Shown: one piece after another, positions 47,381 to 55,904 of the stretch
Layout: each line of letters opens with the position of its first letter
How positions within the stretch are numbered: position 1 is the first letter of the stretch
Assembly (NCBI GenBank): GCA_965209055.1
Contig: OZ242374.1
Span: 1,056,001-1,120,000, forward strand
DNA length: 64,000 bases
Origin: Acidobacteriota bacterium
Lineage (GTDB): Bacteria; Acidobacteriota; UBA6911; RPQK01; JAJDTT01
Direction of reading: 5' to 3'
The notes under the pieces: generated by a model
Databases searched by the model: none
Told to the model about the DNA's origin: nothing
Seen by the model: the letters and a program-made list of their open reading frames with translations, nothing else
Program-made: the position numbers and the translations under genes

Positions 47381-48106
47381 ATGGCGCCTGAACTTGCCCA
47401 GTGGATCACTCCCGCGATTTTCGTTTCCGGCTTCTTGTACCTGGTCCGTTCCATCCGTTCCGTACGCGGCGAGTTGCGGGCAGACATGGGCGCAATGCGG
47501 GCAGACGTGGGCAAGTTGCAGTCGGACATGGGCGCAATGCGGGCAGACGTGGGCAAGTTGCAGTCGGACATGGGCGCAATGCGGGCAGACGTGGGCAAGT
47601 TGCAGTCGGACATGGGCGCAATGCGGGCAGACGTGGGCAAGTTGCGGTCGGACATGGGCGCAATGCGGGCAGACGTGGGCAAGTTGCGGTCGGACGTGGA
47701 CGAATTGCAGTCGGACGTGGGCGAATTGCGGTCGGACGTGGGCGAATTGCGAACGGACATGGGCGAATTGCGAACGGATTTCAATGACTTGCGTGACCGG
47801 GGGGATCGTCAGATCGGAGATCTCCGCGACCATGGGGATCAGCAGGTCGGCAATCTCCGCGACCACGTGGATCACCAGATCGGCGATCTCCGCGATCAAG
47901 TGAATCACCAGTTCGGCGATCTCCGCGACCATGGGGATCGGCAGGTCGGCAATCTCCGCGATCATATGGATCGGCGCTTCGGTGAATCCCGCGACCACGT
48001 GGATCACCAGTTCGGCGATCTCCGCGACCGAATGGGGCGGGTCGAAGGGGCTGTGGATGTGCTGCGGGATTTCCTCGTCCGCAATGGCCGCGGCACCGCC
48101 GCTTGA
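47381..48106 (+). CDS. Membrane-anchored coiled-coil tandem-repeat protein
   Basis: N-terminal TM helix; heptad repeats DMGAMRA/DVGKLQS; 11-aa repeats of the DLRDHGDRQVG type; C-terminus RMGRVEGAVDVL. Confidence 0.8.
   Translation: MAPELAQWITPAIFVSGFLYLVRSIRSVRGELRADMGAMRADVGKLQSDMGAMRADVGKLQSDMGAMRADVGKLQSDMGAMRADVGKLRSDMGAMRADVGKLRSDVDELQSDVGELRSDVGELRTDMGELRTDFNDLRDRGDRQIGDLRDHGDQQVGNLRDHVDHQIGDLRDQVNHQFGDLRDHGDRQVGNLRDHMDRRFGESRDHVDHQFGDLRDRMGRVEGAVDVLRDFLVRNGRGTAA
47483..48030 (+). repeat. Coding tandem repeats: 5 x 42 bp (47483-47692), ~4 x 21 bp, ~7 x 33 bp
   Basis: Unit GACATGGGCGCAATGCGGGCAGACGTGGGCAAGTTGC(A/G)GTCG; later degenerate 33-bp units. Confidence 0.92.
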
Positions 48107-48160
48107 ACTCGACGCCGGCCCGGATGGCCGGACCTGGCCGGGCGCCGCGGAATCGAGCGC

Positions 48161-49513
48161 CTACTCTTCTCCCAGCAGCGTCAACGAGTCGATGCGGTCC
48201 AGCAGATCGCCCCTGCTCCGTGACAACGTCCTGATCTCGATTCCCGGCGACAGACCGGTGATGACCGATTTCGCGATCAGGAACCGCCCCGAGATCGACT
48301 CGTCTTTGGAAGCCGTCCGCAGTCCCCAGATGGTGTGAAACGCCGCCGGAGAGCCCCGGAAGGCTCCGAGATAGAGCATGACGTGGCCCCGAATGTTCAG
48401 CAGCGTGCGGAAGGGGACCGCCGTTTCCAGAATTCGCTTTCGTTTTTCGTCCGGGGAAAGTTCCGAGATGTCCACGACTCTCCCCGCGGCTGCCTGGTTC
48501 CTGGAATTGCGCGGCAGGGGAAGGCCGAAGGGCAGAAAGATGTCCAGGACCGTGGAGGAGCAGTCCCGGTGTCCGCCCAGCCCGCCCCATCCGTAGGGCT
48601 GACCCATGATCTGGTTGATCAGCTCGGCCAGCCGGTTCTGGGAGAACGGAAATGGAATCGGCGCGGCGTCGTCCTCCGTCAGCCGGACCTGCGACAGGGC
48701 CGCCCGGCGGCTCTCGTCGCTCACGGGAGCCAACAGGCGGACGACGCCCGTTCCGGCTCCGTCCACCAGGGGCAGCAGCATCCCGACGCGGCCCTCGAAG
48801 AGGAACCCGCCGGGGTCCCCGGAAATCGGGATCCGGTCGCGCCGCAGGGCGGCCAGGCGGGGATGCCGGTAGGCCGCCATGAATTCCTCGTCGACGGTCG
48901 CCACGTCCCGCGCATCGATCCAACCGCAGGTGTAGGGTGATTCGGCGCCCACGAACCGTCCGTCCCCGGAAACGTGCGTCAGCAGAAGGGGCGTCCCCGC
49001 CCAGACGGCCGAATTCTGGTTGTAGTCGAACGGGTATCCTTCTCCCGCCTCGCGGAAGTCGAAATAGAACGGTTCGGCCGAAGGCAGCGCGCGCAGGGAG
49101 GTGTTGCGGACGGCGATCCCATATTCGGACCGGCTGGGATACTCGTCGAGCCGCGCATTGGCAACGACGGCTTTTACCTGCGAAGCGGAGAGCCTCAGCA
49201 GATTGGGGCCGAAGACCGGCTTCCTGGCGAACGATTCGGCGGCCCAGCCGAACATGGCCTCCGTGCAGACCGCGGGCCCGGTCCGCTCCCAGGGCCCGTA
49301 CCAGTAGGCTTCGAACTTCTCGAGCCGGTCCTCGTCGGCTTCCAGGATGGGACGGTCTCCGCTCTCGGTAAAGATGGCGGCGTCCTGGGGAATCCGGACC
49401 AGGTCGCGGAGGGGCCCGGTCGAGATCAGGGGAACCCGGACCGGTGTGCAGGCGGCGCCCCATGCCAGGGCCAACGCCATCATCGATCCGGCCAGCGGCG
49501 CGAGCTTTCTCAT
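48161..49513 (-). CDS. NlpC/P60 family lipoprotein endopeptidase with SH3-like domains
   Basis: Lipobox-like AWGAAC; GEGYPFDYNQNS, GQPYGWGG...RDCS, LPRNSRNQ, GHVMLYLG. Confidence 0.9.
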   Translation of the reverse strand: MRKLAPLAGSMMALALAWGAACTPVRVPLISTGPLRDLVRIPQDAAIFTESGDRPILEADEDRLEKFEAYWYGPWERTGPAVCTEAMFGWAAESFARKPVFGPNLLRLSASQVKAVVANARLDEYPSRSEYGIAVRNTSLRALPSAEPFYFDFREAGEGYPFDYNQNSAVWAGTPLLLTHVSGDGRFVGAESPYTCGWIDARDVATVDEEFMAAYRHPRLAALRRDRIPISGDPGGFLFEGRVGMLLPLVDGAGTGVVRLLAPVSDESRRAALSQVRLTEDDAAPIPFPFSQNRLAELINQIMGQPYGWGGLGGHRDCSSTVLDIFLPFGLPLPRNSRNQAAAGRVVDISELSPDEKRKRILETAVPFRTLLNIRGHVMLYLGAFRGSPAAFHTIWGLRTASKDESISGRFLIAKSVITGLSPGIEIRTLSRSRGDLLDRIDSLTLLGEE

Positions 49514-49670
49514 GGCGGGAAACAACCTAGCACAGGGGGGGCGACTTCCCGGCCGCCCGTCGGAACGGCGGCCGCAGGGCCACCGGACGCCGCCCGCGAA
49601 TTCTTTACTCATCTTCGGTTGCCCGGAAAGCGTTTTCCGGTGTAGGTTTGAAACCAGCGAGACGACGAAC

Positions 49671-52586
49671 ATGGTACGCAATTTCTGGCTGACGCCGTTG
49701 GCCTGCCTGATTCTCGGACCTGCCGTTCCGGCCTCCCGGTCCGATGCCTCAGACTTCGAAAGGGACATTCTCCCCATATTCGAAAGGACCTGCCTGCAGT
49801 GCCACAGCGGCGCCTCTCCCCAGGGGGAACTCCATTTGGACAGGCTCGAGTCCATGTTGGCCGGAGGGAAGTCGGGCCCCGCCCTGGTGCCGGGAGCTTC
49901 GGACCGGAGCCTGCTGGTCTCCAAGCTGGTCTCGGGCGCCATGCCTCCAGGCGACGTCAACCTGTCCCGGGAAGAGATCGGGGCCATCCGGCTCTGGATC
50001 GACGGACAGTCCGCGCACACCGCCGGCGTGGCGTACACCGAGAAGGACGTGCTGCCCATCTTCCAAATGCACTGCGTCAACTGTCACGGAAAGGCGAAGC
50101 AGGAGGCGGGACTGGACCTGCGGACCCGCGCCGCCCGTCTCCGGGGAGGCGAGTCGGGTCCGGCCATCGTCCCCGGCGACCCGGGCCGGAGCCTGCTCTA
50201 TTCCCGCATCATCTCTCAGGAGATGCCTCCCCTGGACGAGATCCGGCCGCCCACCACGGCCGAGGTGGAAGTTCTGAGGCAGTGGATTCTGGCCGGCGCC
50301 CGCGACGACCCACCCGGGACGGAAGCCGTCGCGGACCGTTCCCTGGCCCCTGAAGACAAGGAGTTCTGGTCCTTTCGCTCCCCCCGGCCACCGGCGCTGC
50401 CCCGGGTCCTCCACCCCGAACAGGCTCGCAATCCCATCGACCTCTTTCTGCTGTCACGGCTGGAGTCCAAGGGTCTGGGCTTCTCTCCCGAGGCCGAGCC
50501 CCTGGTCCTGTTGCGCCGGGCCTACCTGGACCTGACCGGGATGCCTCCCACCTCCCGGGAAGTATTGGACTACCTGGAGGACCGGGAGCCGGGAGCCTAC
50601 GAGCGGCTTCTGGACCGACTGCTGGACTCTCCCGCCTACGGAGAGCGCTGGGCCCAGTACTGGCTGGACCTGGCCGGATACAGCGATTCGGAGGGAATCG
50701 TCGACGAGGACAAGGTCCGCCCCCATGCCTGGCGCTATCGCGACTACGTCATCCGGGCGCTGAACGGCGACACTCCCTACGACCGTTTCCTGACGGAGCA
50801 ACTGGCAGGCGACGAGTTGGTGGACTACAAGAATCAGGAGAGGGTCACCCGGGAACTGGTGGATGTCCTGGCCGCAACCGGGTTCCTGCGGCTGACCCCC
50901 GACGGGACGTACAACCAGCCCAACCGGTCGCTCCAGGACAAGATGGACATCATCGCCGACGAGCTTCAGGTCCTGGGCTCCTCGGTTCTGGGCCTGACCG
51001 TCGGATGCGCCCGCTGCCACGATCACAAGTACGATCCCCTGAGCCAGCGCGAGTACTACAGCCTGGCCGCCATCCTCCAGACCGCGCTGGACCCCTACGA
51101 CTGGCGCCCGCCCACCGAGAGGGTCCTGCGCGTCGCGTTGGAGGCGGACCTCAAGGAGATCGAGGCCCACAACGCCCCCCTCCAGGTCAAGCTCCGGAAC
51201 CTGGAAAAGGAGTTGGAGGACAAGGCCCGGCCCTACAAGGAGAAGTTCCGGAAGGAGGCGCTGGCCGCCCTTCCTCCCAACCTGCAGGCGGACCTCAGAA
51301 CCATCGCCGAAACGCCGAAAGGGAAGCGGACCAGCCTGCAGCGTTTTCTGGCCCGGAAGTTCAAGGAGGTCGTGGAACCCACTTACGCCGCCCTCGGCGA
51401 CGAGTTCCCCGAGTTCAAGGAGTCCGCGAGCCAGTTGCAGACGGACATCGAGCACATCAAGAACTCCAAGTACGGTTCGGAGACCAACTTCCGCGACAAG
51501 ACCAAGTACCGGACCCTGCCCGGCATCCGGGCGCTCTACGACATGGGAGGCGACGCCTCCCCCGCTTATCGCCTGAACCGGGGCGAAGCCCGGTCGGTGG
51601 CGGAACGGGTGTACCCCGGCGTGCCCCGCGTCCTGTCCGGCAACGGATTGGAGCCCTACCGGCCGCTGCCGCCGCCTGGCCGGGACACCAGCGGAAACCG
51701 CCTGGGCCTGGCCCGCTGGCTGACTCAGGAGGGGCACCCTCTGACGTCGCGGGTCCAGGTCAATCGGATCTGGGGCCATCACTTCGGCCGCGAACTGGTC
51801 ACCACCCCGGGGGACTTCGGCCGGACCGGGTCCCAGCCGTCCCATCCGCGGCTCCTGGATTGGCTGGCGGCCGAGTTCGAGGACCGGGGGTGGAGCATGA
51901 AGGCCATGCACCGGCTGATCATGACCTCGGCGGCCTACCGGCAGACGTCCCGGGTCGGTCCCGGAGCGAGCCGACAGGACCCGGACAACCTGCTCTTCTC
52001 CCGGATGCCCCTGAGGCGGTTGGACGCGGAAGCCATTCACGATTCGGTGCTGCGGGTGACGGGGCGCCTCGACCCGACTCTCTTCGGAATCCCCGTTCAC
52101 CTGAAGGAGGAATCCAGCGGCGAGGTGGTGCCCGAATCGACCCCGGGCGGGTGGCGCCGGGCCGTCTACGTGCTCAAGCGGCGCCGCATGCCCGTCTCTT
52201 CCCTGGAGGCCTTCGACTATCCGGTGATGATCCCCAACTGCGGCCAGCGCCGGCAGTCCAACGTCCCGTTGCAGGCGCTCCAGCTCGTCAACGGAGAGCT
52301 GATGCGCGGCCACGCCCGCTACCTGGCCGGGCGGCTCATGGACCAGTCTCCGGGAGACCCGGCGGGCCAGATCGAGGGCCTCTACCTGGAGGTCCTGGGC
52401 CGATATCCCACATCCGGGGAGAGCCGGCGTATCGAGAAGTCGCTGCAGCGCCTCGAGCGGGAGTGGCGCAGCCACCTGGAACGGAAGAACGATCCGGCGC
52501 CGCGGGGCCCCGGGGCCCGCTGGTCGGCGCTGAGCTCGGTGGCCCTCACTCTCCTCAATTCGGCGGAGTTTATGTATATTGATTGA
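49671..52586 (+). CDS. PSD1/PSCyt2 protein with two N-terminal planctomycete cytochrome c domains
   Basis: CLQCH, CVNCH, CARCHDHKYDP, GERWAQYWLD, PSHPRLLDWLA, VPLQALQL. Confidence 0.92.
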   Translation: MVRNFWLTPLACLILGPAVPASRSDASDFERDILPIFERTCLQCHSGASPQGELHLDRLESMLAGGKSGPALVPGASDRSLLVSKLVSGAMPPGDVNLSREEIGAIRLWIDGQSAHTAGVAYTEKDVLPIFQMHCVNCHGKAKQEAGLDLRTRAARLRGGESGPAIVPGDPGRSLLYSRIISQEMPPLDEIRPPTTAEVEVLRQWILAGARDDPPGTEAVADRSLAPEDKEFWSFRSPRPPALPRVLHPEQARNPIDLFLLSRLESKGLGFSPEAEPLVLLRRAYLDLTGMPPTSREVLDYLEDREPGAYERLLDRLLDSPAYGERWAQYWLDLAGYSDSEGIVDEDKVRPHAWRYRDYVIRALNGDTPYDRFLTEQLAGDELVDYKNQERVTRELVDVLAATGFLRLTPDGTYNQPNRSLQDKMDIIADELQVLGSSVLGLTVGCARCHDHKYDPLSQREYYSLAAILQTALDPYDWRPPTERVLRVALEADLKEIEAHNAPLQVKLRNLEKELEDKARPYKEKFRKEALAALPPNLQADLRTIAETPKGKRTSLQRFLARKFKEVVEPTYAALGDEFPEFKESASQLQTDIEHIKNSKYGSETNFRDKTKYRTLPGIRALYDMGGDASPAYRLNRGEARSVAERVYPGVPRVLSGNGLEPYRPLPPPGRDTSGNRLGLARWLTQEGHPLTSRVQVNRIWGHHFGRELVTTPGDFGRTGSQPSHPRLLDWLAAEFEDRGWSMKAMHRLIMTSAAYRQTSRVGPGASRQDPDNLLFSRMPLRRLDAEAIHDSVLRVTGRLDPTLFGIPVHLKEESSGEVVPESTPGGWRRAVYVLKRRRMPVSSLEAFDYPVMIPNCGQRRQSNVPLQALQLVNGELMRGHARYLAGRLMDQSPGDPAGQIEGLYLEVLGRYPTSGESRRIEKSLQRLEREWRSHLERKNDPAPRGPGARWSALSSVALTLLNSAEFMYID

Positions 52587-52602
52587 CCGGGCGAGACATC
52601 CC

Positions 52603-54048
52603 ATGACCCACTTCGGAACGAAATTCCGCGGCTCCCGGCGGGACTTCTTCTCCCGTCTCGGCGACGGAGTCCACGGCGCGGCCCTGGCTTGGCTTCTGCA
52701 GAAGGACCTTCCGGGTTCGCCGGGCCCCGGCCACGGCCGGCCCCGGATCGACTTGACTCCTCAGGCCCCCCACCGTGAGCCGAAGGCCAAGTCGGTCATT
52801 CACCTGTTCATGAACGGCGGCCCCAGCCAGGTCGACCTCTTCGACCACAAGCCGACCCTGGCTCGAATGGCGGGAGGCGCCGCCCCCCGCGACCTGCTCA
52901 ACCAGATCGAGAACATGGATCAGGTGGGCACTCTGATGCCGTCCTACTGGGAGTTCTCCCGGCACGGGAAGTGCGGGATGGAGCTGTCGGAGCTCCTGCC
53001 GCATACGGCCACCATCGTGGACGACATCACCCTTGTCCGGTCCATGTACAGTGAGCACTTCAATCACGAGCCCGCCATCAACCTCTTCCACACGGGCCGG
53101 ACCATTACCGGCCGCCCCACCATGGGGGCCTGGGTGACCTACGCGCTGGGCACCGAGAACCAGAACCTGCCGGGATATGTGGTTCTGGAGGACACGAACC
53201 TCCCGGTCAATGGAATTCAGAACTGGCAGGCGGGCTGGTTGCCTCCCACGTATCAGGGCACCCGGTTCCGGGAGAAGGACCCGGCCGTGCTCAACCTGAA
53301 CCCCAGGGAGCGGTTGCCCAACCCGCTGATCGAAGCCGAACGGTCGTTGTTGCGCAGCCTGGACCATTCCCATCGCATGGAACGTCCGTGGCAGCCGGAC
53401 CTGGCTGCCCGGATCTCCTCCTACGAACTGGCCGCCCGCATGCAGTTGGCCGCCAGCGACGCCCTGGACCTCTCCCAGGAGAGCGAGGCCACCAAGGAGA
53501 TGTACGGTCTCAACAACGAGGCCACCGCCTCCTACGGGAGACGCTGCCTGCTGGCCCGGCGGTTGGTGGAGCGGGGCGTGCGCTTCGTCCAGATCTTCAT
53601 CGAGTACCAGATCTGGGACAATCACCATAGCTTGAAGGAGAAACTGGAATACTGCTGCCGGAAGACCGACCAGCCGTCCGCCGCCCTGGTTCGCGACCTG
53701 AAGCAGCGGGGGCTGCTGGACGACACGCTGGTCGTCTGGGGAGGGGAATTCGGCCGCATGCCCATCTCCCAGGTTCGGGACGGCGGCGCCGCCGGCCGGG
53801 ACCACGGTCCCGACGGCTTCAGCCTCTGGATGGCCGGGGGGGGAGTCAAGGCCGGCTACGTCCATGGCGCCACCGACGACATCGGCCACAAGGCCGCCGT
53901 GGACCGGGTCAGCGTCCACGACTTTCACGCCACCTTCCTGCACCTGCTGGGCCTGAACCACCGGGACCTGGTCTTCCGCCGCCACGGCCTGGAGGAGCGC
54001 CTCACCGATCAGTACCCGGCCCGGCTGGTCCATGAGATCCTCGCCTGA
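52603..54048 (+). CDS. DUF1501 family protein (planctomycete type)
   Basis: SRRDFF, IHLFMNGGPSQVDLFD.KP, CLLARRLVERGVRFVQ, WDNH, GEFGRMP, GRDH. Confidence 0.92.
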   Translation: MTHFGTKFRGSRRDFFSRLGDGVHGAALAWLLQKDLPGSPGPGHGRPRIDLTPQAPHREPKAKSVIHLFMNGGPSQVDLFDHKPTLARMAGGAAPRDLLNQIENMDQVGTLMPSYWEFSRHGKCGMELSELLPHTATIVDDITLVRSMYSEHFNHEPAINLFHTGRTITGRPTMGAWVTYALGTENQNLPGYVVLEDTNLPVNGIQNWQAGWLPPTYQGTRFREKDPAVLNLNPRERLPNPLIEAERSLLRSLDHSHRMERPWQPDLAARISSYELAARMQLAASDALDLSQESEATKEMYGLNNEATASYGRRCLLARRLVERGVRFVQIFIEYQIWDNHHSLKEKLEYCCRKTDQPSAALVRDLKQRGLLDDTLVVWGGEFGRMPISQVRDGGAAGRDHGPDGFSLWMAGGGVKAGYVHGATDDIGHKAAVDRVSVHDFHATFLHLLGLNHRDLVFRRHGLEERLTDQYPARLVHEILA

Positions 54049-54126
54049 CCGAAAGTCAGAAGGAAAGAGAAAAGAGGCGCCGCCGGGCAGACGCTGGCGC
54101 CGCACGATCGATTTGGAGAAATTCGC

Positions 54127-55263
54127 ATGAAGCTCGACCCTGTTTCCCTGACGCGGGATCTCGTCGCCATCAAATCGGTCAGCCGCTGGAGCAATGCCCT
54201 GATCTCCGACCTGGTGGAGGAGCGGTTTCGGGAGCATGGCTTCGAGACCGAACGCCTGGACTACGTCGACGAGAACGGGGAGACCAAGGTCAGCATCGTC
54301 GGCCGGAAGGGATCGGGAACCGGAGGCCTCGCCTTCTTCTCCCACACCGACACGGTGCCGGGACAGGAAGAGGACTGGGACCCCTACGACCCGGTGTTGG
54401 GCGACGGAAAGATCTCCGGACGGGGGTCCTGCGACATGAAGGGCCCTCTGGCGGCCACCATGGCCGCCGCCGCCGCCGTCGACGAAGAGGAACTGGAGCA
54501 ACCGGTCCTGGTCATGGCCACCGCCGACGAGGAAGTGGGCGGAGGCGGAGCCAAGCAGGTCGTCCGGGAATCGCGTTTCTTCAGCGAAGCGCGTCCCCGC
54601 TACGCCGTGGTGGCCGAACCCACCGAGTTGTGGCCGGTCTACGCCCACAAGGGCGGGGCCTTGGTCATGGCCACGGCCCGGGGAACAGCCGCCCACACCA
54701 GCACCGATCTGGGCACCTCGGCGAATTTTCTGATCGCTCCGTTCCTGGCTGAGATGGCCGAGCTGGCCAAGGAGGTGAAGCAGGACCCGCGCTACCGGAA
54801 CCAGGACTTCAATCCCCCCACCAACGGGTTCAACATGGTCTTCGACGACGGCGGCACCCGTCCCAACGTGAGCGCGGCCCGAAGCACCTGCCAGATCGGG
54901 TTCCGGCCCATGCCCGGCGACGAGAGCCGGGACTTGATGGAGATCGTCGCCGGGCGGGCCCGGGCCCATGGGCTGGAGGTGGAGACCAGGTACAAGGGTC
55001 CTTTCTACGTTTCTCCCGGCGCCGACCTGGTGCAACTGGCCTCCCGGGCCGGCGGCGGACGGAAGCCCAAGACCGTCCCCTACGGAACCGACTCCATCTG
55101 GATCAAGGACCAGGTCGACGAGCTGGTGGTCCTGGGTCCCGGCAATATCGCTCAGGCCCACACGGTGGGAGAGTGGATCTCCATCGGACAACTCGAGGAG
55201 GCGGTGGAGATCTATCGCCGGATGATCCGCGAAATCTGCGGAAATGGGGCGGCGGTTTCCTAA
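54127..55263 (+). CDS. M20 family metallohydrolase, acetylornithine deacetylase (ArgE)-like
   Basis: SHTDTVP, GRGSCDMKG, DEEVG, AEPT, GPGNIAQAHT.GEW. Confidence 0.88.
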   Translation: MKLDPVSLTRDLVAIKSVSRWSNALISDLVEERFREHGFETERLDYVDENGETKVSIVGRKGSGTGGLAFFSHTDTVPGQEEDWDPYDPVLGDGKISGRGSCDMKGPLAATMAAAAAVDEEELEQPVLVMATADEEVGGGGAKQVVRESRFFSEARPRYAVVAEPTELWPVYAHKGGALVMATARGTAAHTSTDLGTSANFLIAPFLAEMAELAKEVKQDPRYRNQDFNPPTNGFNMVFDDGGTRPNVSAARSTCQIGFRPMPGDESRDLMEIVAGRARAHGLEVETRYKGPFYVSPGADLVQLASRAGGGRKPKTVPYGTDSIWIKDQVDELVVLGPGNIAQAHTVGEWISIGQLEEAVEIYRRMIREICGNGAAVS

Positions 55264-55384
55264 CCGCCGAATCTTCGAGCCCCGGTTTCCTAACCGCCGA
55301 ATCTTGGCCCGCCCGTTATTCCCAACCGCCCGATCCCCTCCGTTCGCCAATGTCAAATGAATCGGCGGTAAGAAAGCCGCCGCC
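55246..55384 (+). repeat. Cluster of REP-like palindromes (direct copies plus a terminal inverted copy); the first supplies the TAA stop of the M20 gene
   Basis: GGCGGCGGTTTCCTAACCGCCGAATCTT, then CGGTTTCCTAACCGCCGAATCTT, then inverted CGGCGGTAAGAAAGCCGCCGCC. Confidence 0.82.
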
Positions 55385-55904
55385 TGCCAGGTTCAAACAG
55401 CCTCGTCCCAGCCAACACCCTGATCCGACAGGATCGCACCCGGTTGCCCGTAGCACCCCGCCGGGCGCGCCCGTGCTGCGCGAACCGGACCGATCACCTG
55501 CTCACAGAGACTGAGACTGAACCCTTCACGGACCAATGACATCAGAAGGAAGTGCCCGGGATTCAGAATCCACACCTTGCAACATGGATACTCCCAAAAC
55601 CCTCAACCCGCGCCGGCGTTCATCCACCGTTCACCAATTGTTAAGCTATATGGTGAACGAAACGCCGGCGGAGGAATAAACATGACACGTAAGTCGGTCG
55701 CGGCGGCACGGCCTGTCTGCGGATGGAGAGAGTCGTTCTCTGTGCGCCTGACAGCCACAACATCGAAGACGCGACCCTGAACCGGTGCCGGGTCACCTTC
55801 ACGGCGTGTAGGGACAAGAGCGGGAACTGGACGATTTCCAAAGTTTCCATATCGGCGGATTGAAATCCCCGGCGGGGAACTCTCGCCGGATGAGCAGGTG
55901 GACT

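Noticed and set aside
47225-48007. N-terminal extension of the 1320-aa ORF 44045-48007 with CPHC repeats suggesting metal binding
   Set aside because: It is the antisense reading of the coiled-coil repeat gene; the PSD1 protein has its own signal peptide starting near 47224
47483-48030. Possible CRISPR array
   Set aside because: Units are head-to-tail with no unique spacers, have lengths in multiples of 3, lie within a coding frame, and there are no cas genes
55393-55860. Possible IS/integrase-core remnant upstream of the S8 gene (MWILNPGHFLLMSLV...)
   Set aside because: Resemblance too faint; no DDE motif or terminal repeats found
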